In this document: positions 22,595 to 34,241 of the stretch, piece after piece
How positions within the stretch are numbered: the stretch's first letter is position 1
How the letters are laid out: each line of letters begins with the position of its first letter
DNA from: Ascoidea asiatica JCM 7603
Taxonomy: Eukaryota; Fungi; Ascomycota
Reading direction: 5' to 3'
NCBI GenBank assembly: GCA_001600695.1
Contig: BCKQ01000013.1
Location: 64,045 to 128,044 of the forward strand
DNA: 64,000 nt
Notes under the pieces: model-generated
What the model saw: the letters and a program-made list of their open reading frames with translations, nothing else
Databases searched by the model: none
What the model was told of the DNA's origin: nothing
Made by a program: the position numbers and the translations under genes

Positions 22595-23628
22595 TTTGCA
22601 CTGATAAGCAGAAGTAAAAAGAAAAGAAAAGAAAATAAATGAAATGAAATAAAAATAAAAGGATATAAAATTAAAATTGGGTATCAGGAATTGAAAATTT
22701 GAAAAGATTTATTACTTGACGAGATGATATAAATGAATATTATTACTACTATTATTATATTGATTCTACTTATTCAATTGGTTCTATTGATTTAAAATAA
22801 TGAGATGAATTGAGATAAGTGGAAATTTTTTGAAGTAAAATTGGAGGATGAGATTTGTTTACATTTTACCTGCAAAATATTTGTTTATTCTTTGATCTTG
22901 TTTTAGATCTGATGTTAGTATGGATGCAGGATGCAAAAATATAATACGCATAAATATTTATGTATATGTATGATCAAGTGTATTGATGCACATTAAAAAT
23001 CCAAATATGTGGGTCTGACGAATGATCCTATGTCCTGGATGCACATCCTGGATGTGCTTCCTGGAATCCCCACCCAAATGTCTCATGCACTGATATAATT
23101 GTCCCTAATTTTCAGCACCTTTGCCCCTTCATCGGGATTATTGTTGTTTTTTGTGGTTCCGAAGCGAGGCCTGCTTTTTATCCTGCCTAGTCCCGCGCTT
23201 TTCTACCTTCACGCCAGTTCCGAACAATCCTAAATTCTGAGCTTGAACTGCAAACAAGCTTTTTTTTCTGCCGTTGAAGCTGCTGAACTTGCACTGATCT
23301 CAATGTTTTCAAAAATAAATCTATTTTTTTTATTAAAGGCACAAGAATTGAAGTTTAAGCAAATTATTACCCAGTTATTAGCTAATTCATATCATAATAT
23401 TCTTACAATTCATCTGAGAAAAAAAACGATCTATTAACTTACTGAAAAGAAAAGTAAACGAAATCTTTAGAATGACCAAATACTGATTGTTTCCAACAAT
23501 TCCTCCTATTATTTCATATTCCTATTCTATTTTATATATGAATATATCGTATAAATTCTTCTCAATTTCCTGTAAATATCATTGAGTTCTGTACATAATT
23601 TGAAAAAACTAATTTGTAAATATCTAAA

Positions 23629-26224
23629 ATGGTTCCTAATGTAAAAAACTATAATCATTCTGGTACTCCTCCAATAAGTCCAATAATCGATTCCAATGAT
23701 TCTACACCAAGAAATCAATCATATCAATCGGATGGATTGGATCATTTAGATCAATTGGATCAAATGAATGGTTCTATTAAATCGCCTGTTTCTCTTCCAA
23801 TGAGTCCAGTTACTTTGAATCCAAGTAATATAAATGATTTATTATCTTCTGGTTCAAATTTATCCCTTTCAACACTATCTTCAAGTAAATCTCTCAATAA
23901 ATCGGCAATTGACAACAATAACAATAACAATAACAATAAGATTATAAATCAAGACGAAGAAGGAGAATATGAAGAAGAAAATGAACAGGACAGAGAAGAA
24001 GAAGAAGAAATAGAAGCAGAAGCAGATGAAGAAACTGATTCTATTCAAGATTATAATCAATATTTGGATACTTCAAATACCAAAACTATTGATAGAAGTA
24101 CTGCTTCTTCAATAATAGGTGGTTGTTCGGTTCATGAATCCCAAAAAATCATTCAAAATGATCAAGATATAGAAGACATAAAAGATATAAAAGATATAAA
24201 AGATATAGAAGATACCGAAGTTAATAATGCTAGCCAGGTTAATGAGGTCAATCAAATCAATAATGATAACCAAAATAATAAAACTTTCAAGAAAACAACA
24301 ATCAAACAATCTTCAACAGAACCCAATTTCAAACCTACTCAAAATAATAAAAATATAAAAATTCTAAAACTAAAATCAAAAACTGAAGTTAACAATAACA
24401 ATAACAATAACAAAAGTAAAAACTTCAATTTTGATTTGAAATCGTTCATGAATAGATCCCATAAAAAATCAATATCCTCAATTTCAGCCAATTCTTTATC
24501 CTCATTACCTTCATTACCTTCATTATCATCCATATCTTCAATAAATTTAACAAATAAATTTAAAAATTATTATACTAATAATAAAAAATTATTAACTTTA
24601 GAATCTCATAAAATATTTTCATTTTCTTTGCCTTTTGCCAATCCTTTAAATTCCTTTACAAATAAATTATCCTCATCTCCATTATCTTCACCACTCAAAC
24701 ATGCTGGTAGTAATAATGCTACTACTACTGCTACTGCTACTACTACTACCCCTCATAATAATTACACCAATGAACCAAATGTAAAAGAAGAAATTAAACT
24801 AAAATTAAAAAGACAAGAAAGTATTTCAACATTTGAGGAACAAATTTTATTCAAAGATGTTAATAAGCAAGATAATACTAGATTTAGAGCTGTTAAGAAA
24901 TTATTAACACCGAATATTTTAAATTCATTTGAGGAAATTGATTCCATTTTTGATAATTTGAATGGGGATATAGTTATTTTAGGTGGTTATAGAGGTAGTA
25001 TTTTACGAAATAAATCAAATAATAGAAGATTGGATTCCATTGAAAGCAGGATTCAATTTAACTAAAATCAATTTAATTATTGGACCAAAAGATAGTGATG
25101 AAATAGAAATGGATGAAAATTTAGTTTATTCAAGTAGTATGTTGACACATATTGGACCAATTGATATAAGTCGAAAATTAATCAAAAAGCTAACTAATCT
25201 AAATAAATCAAAAGTTTGGGAATTTGGTTATGATTGGAGATTATCAAGTGATTTAAATTCGAAAAAATTATTAAGATTCCTAAAAACAATTTATTCAAAT
25301 ACCAATTTTGAAATCACCAAAAGAAAAGGGATTCTCATACTTGCTCATTCAATGGGAGGATTGATTGCCCATCATGTTTTGAATAAAGAACCTGAATTGA
25401 TTAGAGGATTGATTTATATAGGAGTTCCTAGTTCATGTCCGAATATTCTAGGACCAATGAGATATGGAGATTCAATATTGTTAAATAATAAAATCTTAAG
25501 TGCACAGGTCAATTTTTTAATGAGATCGAGTTATGTGTTTTTACCCTTAGATGGTAAATGTTTCGCAGATAAAGACACAAAAGAAGAGTTGATTGTTGAT
25601 TATTTTAATGTTGATAACTGGGTTAAATACAAATTATCGCCGTTAGTTGATAAAGAGAATTACAATAACAAGAGAAAAATATATTATAATAGAATTCAAA
25701 TGGATAGTATAAACTACGATAATATCCAAAATGGGCGTTTTCCTAATCATGATAATTATAATAATAGTATCGATTTGGATAATGATATTGAAAATCAAAT
25801 TCAATATCCTATAACATTTGAAGAATCTTATGAATATTTAGATAGAACATTGAAAAGAACCAAGAAATTTTTAAATGAATTGGATTATAAAGACGAATTG
25901 AAAGATAAATATCCTCCGTTGGCAGTTGTTTATGGAGATCAAGTGCCAACGTTAAGGGGCTGTTGGTTGAAAGATGGATATAATGGATTAGAAAGAGGTG
26001 AATATGGAGATTTCAAGTATGGTATTGGGGATGGAGTTGTTTATTATAAGACATTGATGCCAGAAAAAAAGGGATTTCCAATTGCAGGAAAATTCATTTC
26101 AGATCGTGGTCATGTTAGTTTAATGACAGATATGGAAGCTATGAGTAAAGCCATCAAGGCAATAATGGATAATGAAAGAATTGATGACATTGATGTTTCG
26201 ATTGATCCAAAAGATATAAAATGA
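23629..26224 (+). pseudogene. Frameshifted copy of the LCAT-like alpha/beta hydrolase (YJR098C-like)
   Basis: Matches 49044-51641 except for a 2-bp deletion near 25030 (AGA TTG GAT versus AGA TTA TGG ATT), which splits it into ORFs 23629-25065 and 24983-26224, and a synonymous change at 25960. Confidence 0.8.
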
Positions 26225-27457
26225 TTATTTGGTAGATGAATGTATATAGTAATTGAATTGAATTAGATTATCGGATAATAAATCTTCACTGGTTTGAAAA
26301 ACTGTATTACTTATTGAGTCTGTGATTGTATTATCAGACTGTGAACATCCATTCTCTACCTTCATTGAACTGACAGTTGAAGATTCCTCTACATCATTTG
26401 AAATTGTTGAAATTGCTGAAATTGTAATAGTATTCAAATTCATTTGCAGCTTGTGTAAGAAAAGTTGTATAAAAAAACTTTCCATTAGAGACTGTTATTG
26501 TTAAAAATGTTACTCCAGTTGTAGCAATTGATGATTGACAATCATTATTTGATTATATTATGAAATTGAAAATGGTATATGAGTTAAAATCATGAGAAAA
26601 AGGGTCTGAAATGATCTTAAAGAGCCATATTCTAGAGGTCAGAAGGTGTTAAAATATAATAAAACCACTGATTCCATAGATTATTTAACTTAAAAAAAAT
26701 ATGTATATGAAATAAAGAAAATAAGTATATGAAATAAATGGAATTCAGAATAGTCTTTAGCTATATCAAGCTTTTGATTTTTCGATGACAAGATATATTG
26801 TTTTATGATAGTGGTAATAATAATGTATTACACCTTTTTTATTTTCCCTCACTTGTTTGATTCTATTTCCTGCCATTTTTAGTGGTTCAATTAGATTATA
26901 AAATTATCATTACTACTAAGGTTTAAATCAAGGTTGGGAAGCAAATCTTCAAGACTCCAAGTAAGTACTTCAAAATACATTTTTCCAAACACACAATAAT
27001 TTTCATTCCCAACAGCCAAATATAGACCCAGTGAATTCATTAAGTCATTTTGCTTTATGCATTATCTCTGGGATTATCAGTTAATTTATCATTATTGGAG
27101 TGTGATTTCATAGAAGAAAACTTATCAAAAAAATCGGAATCTATTCTAAAGGAATCAGAAGAAAAAAACTCCAACAAAAATGGTTTCAGATCCGTATTCA
27201 TATTTGCAATTTGAAGTTTTGCTTCCATTAATGAAGAAAGGTATTTTAATAAATAATCTTGTGTCCCTAACATTGAAATTTGGAGGTAAAGCACTATTTA
27301 TCAATTTATATGCATATTGAGATTTTTCATTAATTGTTTTCAGTTCAATATCATTTTCATTTTTATTGTCTTCTTTTTTTTTGTTAACATTTACATTTGG
27401 GATTAGATTTAAATTTGAAGGATTAAATTATATAACCTTAAGTTTTCCACTAGACAT
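26225..27457 (-). pseudogene. Decayed ORF of unknown family (left-arm copy)
   Basis: Mirror of 47811-49043: coding-like frames interrupted by stops and frameshifts. Confidence 0.45.
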
Positions 27458-27706
27458 TATTGAATTAATTATTAATGATCTATAAATTAAAGTAAAAAAA
27501 TAAGAACCCTTTTAGGGGAAAGTTCTGTTTTTATATATTCATTCACAGATACTAAATATTAAATATTTGAGTTGGAAAAACATAGATATTTCATAAATTT
27601 GCTAACAAAAATAAAGCAAACATAAATGATTTTCGAAGATAGAAATTTAAGGTTAATTAAGGTTATGCTTCCTGCATGTCGCTGGAACCTTAATTATTAA
27701 CTTATG

Positions 27707-27910
27707 TCCCTTTAATACAAGCATTTGTGCTTTTTGTCGTATAGCGTTTTAAGAATCAAACCACGCACGTGAGTATCAAACGGAAAAGGTATTTAATACT
27801 CATCTATAAAAGCTAAACTAATTTTGGTTTTTTTAATACAGGTTTGCACCTGCTCGTTCAACCCAAAAACAGCTTTACGACAAAAAGCACAAATTCTTGT
27901 ATTAAAGGGA
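27707..27910. mobile_element. 204-bp MITE-like element with 35-bp terminal inverted repeats (left-arm copy)
   Basis: TCCCTTTAATACAAGCATTTGTGCTTTTTGTCGTA ... TACGACAAAAAGCACAAATTCTTGTATTAAAGGGA, 34/35 match. No target-site duplication seen. Confidence 0.5.
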
Positions 27911-28522
27911 TAAATACTTTAAATTGAACTGCTTGAATGTTATACTACAACCACAAACCCGGTCTCATAATAAGTACCTTACAACTGGTCGTAGCAATTA
28001 GAGCCACAAAAGTGGTCTTTAGTAGAAAAACCAAATAACTGGATTTACTCTAAAATATCCATATATTTGGTCTCATTTTTAGGGCTACCTCAATCCTGGC
28101 GTGATGACATTTCGAACTTTAAACTTGAGCCTCGTTAAAACGCCACCGAGAGAATTAAAAGCAGAGGCTCAACTTGAATTTTATCTTTTATCAACAACAA
28201 AAGAAATCAAAACAAACCACCTTTAAAATTAAAATGATTATTTTCATCTAGAGATAAATGATCCAATCGATGAATAAACATAAACTTGGACTCCATCAAT
28301 TCCAGCATCTTGAACAAAATGTTTAAATAATTTAATGAGGATTAGACTGTTGTTTGTCTTTGGTTTTGTTATTTAAATAGATTCGAATATTTCTAGTGAT
28401 TATATTGACTTCTGTTTTATTTACTTCTTCAAAGCGTTTAAAAGCGTTTAATAATATCGATTGAAAAGTAATATAAAGTTAATTATATCCACAAAATAAA
28501 GGAAAATCTTATATTTTAAAGT

Positions 28523-31500
28523 ATGAATAAAGATCAAAAGTTCTATAAAAGGAGAGTTTTAATAATTGGTGATGAAAATATTGGTAAATCCTCATTTGTT
28601 TCAAGATTAAAAAATGAACCTTTTTTAGATTTTAAAAGAGAAAATAATAACATTGATAATAATAATTTATCATATAAAATAGAAAAATCAGTTTATGATT
28701 TTCAATTAAATGAGAATAAAGTAATCACAATTGAATTTAATATTTTGAATATTTTTAATATTCAAGCTATTCATAATATTAACAAGAATGAAAATAATGA
28801 TAATATTAATTATAAATTAAAACTTTTAAATGATTTGAATAATGATTTATTACAGCCAAATTTAATTTATTGTTGTTTTTCAATTGATGATATTAATTCT
28901 TTAAATAATTTAAAAAATGTATATTTTTTAAATTTATTTCAAAATTTAAAAATCTTCAATTCTTCCATAAATTCTAATAATAATATTCCAATAATATTAA
29001 TTGGTTTAATAAATGATTCAAAAAATAATGAAATTTATTTAAATTCAAAAAGAGGTCAATCTAATGTTTATAATAGTTATAATTATAATTCAAATTTAGT
29101 TTCAAATGATCAAATTAAAACTTTCATAAATAATATAAATGATAATAAAAATCTAAGAATTTTAAAATATTTTGAAGCCTCTTCTTTTTTAAATCAATTC
29201 AATTATATTCCTTTTTTCAAAATTTTATCATTTTCAATTAATTATATCTTTTCAATAAAATCCTCAAGTTTTCAATTATTAAAAGATAATTTATTCTATT
29301 ATTTAAAATTTTTATCCTATAATATAAATTATTTCTCAATTGATTTAAAAGAAAATTTCTTAAATTTTAAAAATTCAAATTCAAATTCAAATAAAATTAT
29401 TTTTTATTTCTCTTATAATATTTCAAATAATCATTTAGATAATTTTAATAATTTTTTATATGATTTTTTCAATTCCTTTAATCAAATTAATTCAAATTTA
29501 ATTCAGTTCTTAAACAATATTGATATAAATTTAAACTTATTCGATTTTTTAAATTTTTTAAATATTTATTTATCTTTAAATGAATCAGATACTAATTCAA
29601 TTCTAAATTTATTAAAACAATTTTTTCATTCAAATGTTAATATTCAAATATATCTAGAAATTTTAAACAAATTCAATTCAAATATTTTTGGAAATATTAA
29701 TGATCTAAATAATTTAAATGATTTGAATATTCAAAATATTTTAAATTTAGATTTTTTCAAAGCTTGGGAATTAAATTTATTGAAAAAAAAACTGAATTCA
29801 AAAATCTTTAAATTTGATCATTCTTTATTTCAAGATATAATTAATGGTAATATATTTTCAAAATTTATCATTAATCAACTATATACTTTAAATAAGTTTA
29901 TTAAAAACAACAGTAGTTCCTCCTCAATTGATCCAAATATCATTCAGGTTATAGGGGATTTACAATCAAATTTATTAAATATCAATAAAAATTTAAAAAT
30001 TTTTATCATTCAAACAAAATCAAAAAAAATTAAAAATTTAATAAATTTTAATAAATTGAATTTATCAATTTCAGAGTATTATCCAAATTTCAATGAACTT
30101 TCAATCGATGAAAATGAAAATAATATTGAATCTGAAGAAGAAAAAGAGAAAAGTTTTTTTATAAATAATGATGAAATTATTTTTAAAAAGTTTTATTCAA
30201 TTGAACTAATTGATTATGATTCAAAAACAACTGAAAATAATAAATATTTTAAAAAAATTGTAATTTTATTTAATAAATTTTTTTTAATTGTTCAATTGAA
30301 TTTCAATGAAAATAATTTTTTATTAATTGAAAATTCTTTTAAATTCGATTATTTAAATTCAAATTCTATTAATGATTTGATTATATTTAATTTCACAAAT
30401 TATTATATAATTATTGATTTTAAAGAATTTATCAAAATTATACCAAATTTAAGTTTTGAAAATTATAAAGAAAAGAAAAATAAACTAAATTTTAAAAATT
30501 ATATTCAAAAATTATTATTATTTCAATTTGATAATGAAAATATTGGAATTTCATTTAGAATTAAAACTTTTAAATTAATTTATTCTTTAAATAAAAATTT
30601 ATATATTAATAATAAAGATAAAAATATTGAATGTTCAAAAAAATATATAATTAAAGAAAATTTAATAAATTTTGAAGAAATTAATTATTATAAAAATTTA
30701 ATTTTTGAATTATTTGAATTAATTAATAATTATAGTACATCATATTTAATTGATTATATAATTGAGGAAAAATTCATTAAAAAATTAAATTCAAATGATT
30801 TAAATTATTTAGGATGGAAAAATTTTTGGGAAATTAGTAATGAAGATAAAAAACTTTTTAAAGGTAATGAATTTGATAAAAATTCAACAATTTTTACATT
30901 AATTAAAAATCAAATTTTATTTATAAAAAATATTGAAAATTTCATTAAATTTGGTGATTTATTTTTAAAATATTGTGATGAAAATAAAATCAATAGTAAT
31001 AATTCAATTAAAGTTTATAAAGACTGTTTTGAGAATTATAAAATTATTTATGATAATCATTTTTATATGATTGTTAAACCATTAATTGAAAGTTTAATTA
31101 AAAATGGACCAATAATTTATAAAGAATATTTAGAATTATTTGATAAATATTTTAAAGAAGCAACAAAATTTTGGCTAAAATTTCTTAAAAATTATACAAA
31201 TTTTATAATATTATTTGATATTGGAAATATTTTAAAGAAAAATAAATTTAAAAAAAATTATATGATGAAGGAAATTATTGAATGGTTAAATTTTTTAAAA
31301 AGGAATGAAAAAAAAGAAGATAAAAAAAAAGAAATTTTAATTAGAAAAGTTTTATCATCACCATTCAATTATTCATTTTATAATTTAAATACAATGAGAT
31401 CATTAGTTAATTATTATATTAAAGAAGAAAAACCTAATATTTCTATAATTAATTATTGTATAAAAGTGAGTAATGAATCAAATGAATTTAATGATATTTG

Positions 31501-32203
31501 TAATTTTAGTTTTGGAATTTATAAAATTCAAGCATTAAAGAATATAATTAAAATTAAAGAAAATCTTAATATTAAGATAAATTTTAATGATATCAATAAT
31601 AATATTGAAAATATAATTTTTGGATATTGTAAAATTAATAATAAAGAAAGTATTAATAATAATAGTATTAAAAGAAAGAATGGAATACTTGTTGGATTTA
31701 AAAAACAATTAAGTATTAGAATAAATGAACAATTTGATAAAATTGATAAAATTGAAGATTTTGAAGATACAAATAGTTTAAAAAGTTCAAAGAGTTGTAA
31801 TAATGGTATTAATTATTTTAATAAGAAAAGTAATGGTAACTTAATAAATGAAGAATATTGTGAAGAAGATATTGGATATAATAAAGAATTTAATTGTCCA
31901 ATAATTATAATATTATTAACAAAAAGTATTTTGATTACAAAAATATTATTTGATAAATTATTAATTGTTAGAAATTCAATAAAAATTGAAGATGTTAAAT
32001 TTAAAGAATTTGAAAAATGTGAAGAAAATATTAATAATTGTGATAATGAATTTGATAAAGTGAATTTAACAAAAGTTCGAATTAGTGAAAAATTTGAAAA
32101 TTATGATAATGAAATTTACTTAATTCAAAATTTTAAAGATGAATTAAAGAATCCTTTAGTGAAATTAAGAGAAAAATATAAAGATTCGAAGGAAAGTGAA
32201 TGA
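28523..32203 (+). CDS. Divergent Rho-like GTPase domain fused to a degenerate DH-PH (Rom/Tus1-like RhoGEF) region
   Basis: N-terminus: RRVLIIGDENIGKSS, CCFSIDD..SL, IPIILIG, YFEASS. C-terminal third: GWKNFWEIS..., IFTLIKNQ..FIKNI, CFENYKIIYDNH..IVKPL...GPII, IILLTKSILITK. Confidence 0.6.
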   Translation: MNKDQKFYKRRVLIIGDENIGKSSFVSRLKNEPFLDFKRENNNIDNNNLSYKIEKSVYDFQLNENKVITIEFNILNIFNIQAIHNINKNENNDNINYKLKLLNDLNNDLLQPNLIYCCFSIDDINSLNNLKNVYFLNLFQNLKIFNSSINSNNNIPIILIGLINDSKNNEIYLNSKRGQSNVYNSYNYNSNLVSNDQIKTFINNINDNKNLRILKYFEASSFLNQFNYIPFFKILSFSINYIFSIKSSSFQLLKDNLFYYLKFLSYNINYFSIDLKENFLNFKNSNSNSNKIIFYFSYNISNNHLDNFNNFLYDFFNSFNQINSNLIQFLNNIDINLNLFDFLNFLNIYLSLNESDTNSILNLLKQFFHSNVNIQIYLEILNKFNSNIFGNINDLNNLNDLNIQNILNLDFFKAWELNLLKKKLNSKIFKFDHSLFQDIINGNIFSKFIINQLYTLNKFIKNNSSSSSIDPNIIQVIGDLQSNLLNINKNLKIFIIQTKSKKIKNLINFNKLNLSISEYYPNFNELSIDENENNIESEEEKEKSFFINNDEIIFKKFYSIELIDYDSKTTENNKYFKKIVILFNKFFLIVQLNFNENNFLLIENSFKFDYLNSNSINDLIIFNFTNYYIIIDFKEFIKIIPNLSFENYKEKKNKLNFKNYIQKLLLFQFDNENIGISFRIKTFKLIYSLNKNLYINNKDKNIECSKKYIIKENLINFEEINYYKNLIFELFELINNYSTSYLIDYIIEEKFIKKLNSNDLNYLGWKNFWEISNEDKKLFKGNEFDKNSTIFTLIKNQILFIKNIENFIKFGDLFLKYCDENKINSNNSIKVYKDCFENYKIIYDNHFYMIVKPLIESLIKNGPIIYKEYLELFDKYFKEATKFWLKFLKNYTNFIILFDIGNILKKNKFKKNYMMKEIIEWLNFLKRNEKKEDKKKEILIRKVLSSPFNYSFYNLNTMRSLVNYYIKEEKPNISIINYCIKVSNESNEFNDICNFSFGIYKIQALKNIIKIKENLNIKINFNDINNNIENIIFGYCKINNKESINNNSIKRKNGILVGFKKQLSIRINEQFDKIDKIEDFEDTNSLKSSKSCNNGINYFNKKSNGNLINEEYCEEDIGYNKEFNCPIIIILLTKSILITKILFDKLLIVRNSIKIEDVKFKEFEKCEENINNCDNEFDKVNLTKVRISEKFENYDNEIYLIQNFKDELKNPLVKLREKYKDSKESE

Positions 32204-34241
32204 ATTAATGAATGAGTGAATAAATAAATAAATAAATAAATCAGCTAATTGACTAATCGGGGAATCGAATGAAATATTTTAATAAACCGCACGTGATGTT
32301 TTCTTTTTAGGGAAAAAATCACAAGGATTAGAAAATAGACGACAAAAGGGTGGGTAGTAACATTTAAGTGCTTTAATATACAGTAAAGTACGTTAACGGT
32401 AACGTTAAAACTAACGTCGATAGCAACGGTGATAGCAACGGTAATAATAATGGTGTTAGCAACGTTGCTAAAAAAGTTAACGGGAGTTGAATTGCTACTA
32501 GGGAGACCAATCACAGAGTCAAGTGAAATTTGAGTAAAAAAGCTACTGTGGCTAGAGTTACGCTGAATTTCTTTTTGAGCACCTGAAATTAGCCAGGATT
32601 CGGTAGATTCAACGTTTTTATTTGCGTTTACGTTACTCAAGTTAATTATTTTATCCTATTTTTGATTTTCTTGCTAACGGTGACGTCTGCCAATTTTAAA
32701 CGGTAATTTCTGATTGCACAAGAAAGTGAGTGATTAACGTTTAATTAAATAAAAATTATTAATTAAATTCAAAATCAATTGAAAATGAATTAAATTAATT
32801 AAATTAGTTAGCCCTATTAATTAATTGAGTGACTAAACTAGAGCAAGTGATTGAGGTGCTGTAGTTAATTAATAACTGTTGGAAAACCGTTAGACGATTG
32901 AGAAGCAATCAAGTAGACTGGTCTAAGCCAAGCTAACGGTGGAACTCTTTGAAAAGTTCGAATTGAAAGATGTATTCCATGGTATTTTTTGTAGTGTTGG
33001 TGTATGATGTTCTTCTATTGTTGCTGAAATTAAGAACTGGATCAGTATCGTAGTTTGAATATGGATGATCTCAATGGAGGAAATATACTGGCCAGTGTAA
33101 CAGGGGTAAATTGAGATAAAGCAAACAAGCAAGCAAAGCCAGAAGACAAAACACAAAAGACAAAACACAATAGTAAAAAGAGAGCATTTTTTCCTTGATA
33201 AATGTAGATTGTGTGGTGAGTTTTGCGGGCGGAAGAGCGGGCAGAGTCCCAATATGAGCGGGTGCTTCCAGACCCCCCTTTGCAGCGGGCTGCAGGGCTT
33301 CCAGAATCCTTTTTGCAAACCGAGCCAATCCGCTGTCCTCCCTGCTTAAAAAAAAAACGCTTCTACACGCCGCAGTGCTGCCGAAGGGTGTGCACCAGCA
33401 TTTTGAATGTCAAGGTTGCCAGGAAATCCGTTCACGTGCCGCTATCCGGTGTCCTTTCTGCTCCATCGAAGCAAGCCAGTCTCGTTTTTGCAGGGCTAGC
33501 GCCAAAAAGAAATGGAAAACTGCAGAAACAGCAGCACAAGCAGCAAAAGCAACAGCTCAAGAAGATTTCCAACGACGAAGACTGAAAGATAATCAAAAAG
33601 ACGAAGAAAGAGCAGCAGTTGTTCATCCAAGTTATTTCACTTGAACTTCAACGTTACCAAACACCACTTCGAAATACCACTCAAAACTACCACTTTTTTC
33701 ACTTATTTCACTGATTTCGCATATTTCACTTATTATTTTGATTATTATTTAAAATAATTTATATTTTTTTATCAGTGCCTGGGCCTGGAACTGGAACTGG
33801 AAGTGAGTGTGTATCAATTTAGTCCTTTTTTGTCCATAGTGAAAACTGAAAATCTGTTTTTCTGCTGTAAAATTTCTAATTTCCAATTTCCAAATTTTGA
33901 TTTCTAATTTTTTATTCTTATTCTTATTTTTATTCTATTTCTCTGTTTCTTTATTCTTATTTTCTATTATTCTTAATACTTATTAGCTATTCAATTTCCA
34001 TTTATCATTTACTTCTTCCTTATTCTTATTGTTAACCTGAAATTTATACTCAACTTCAAATATTTATATCATATCTATCATATTTTATTATATTATATCA
34101 TATCATATCATATTATATTATATTATATTACATACAATATATTATTATTCTCATTTATTCTTTATATCCTATAATCATTATATCCTTTAATTATTATCTT
34201 ATAATATAATATTCATTTCTAATAAGTCAATCAATTTAAAA

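Larger units (their letters stand above)
23052..28131 (+). repeat. Left arm (5080 bp) of a long inverted repeat
   Basis: Reverse complement of 47137-52218, with mirrored identical ORFs in the track. Identity runs from ATGTGCTTCCTGG (23052) to CTTGAGCC (28131). Confidence 0.97.

Noticed and set aside
23052-28131. Arms as two insertions of an autonomous transposon
   Set aside because: No TIRs or LTRs at the arm ends, no TSDs, and no recognisable transposase or reverse transcriptase.
33375-33644. Small ORF with CxxC...CxxC zinc-ribbon-like pattern
   Set aside because: GTG start with no ATG, atypical codon use, and several overlapping ORFs in a GC-rich promoter island; probably chance.
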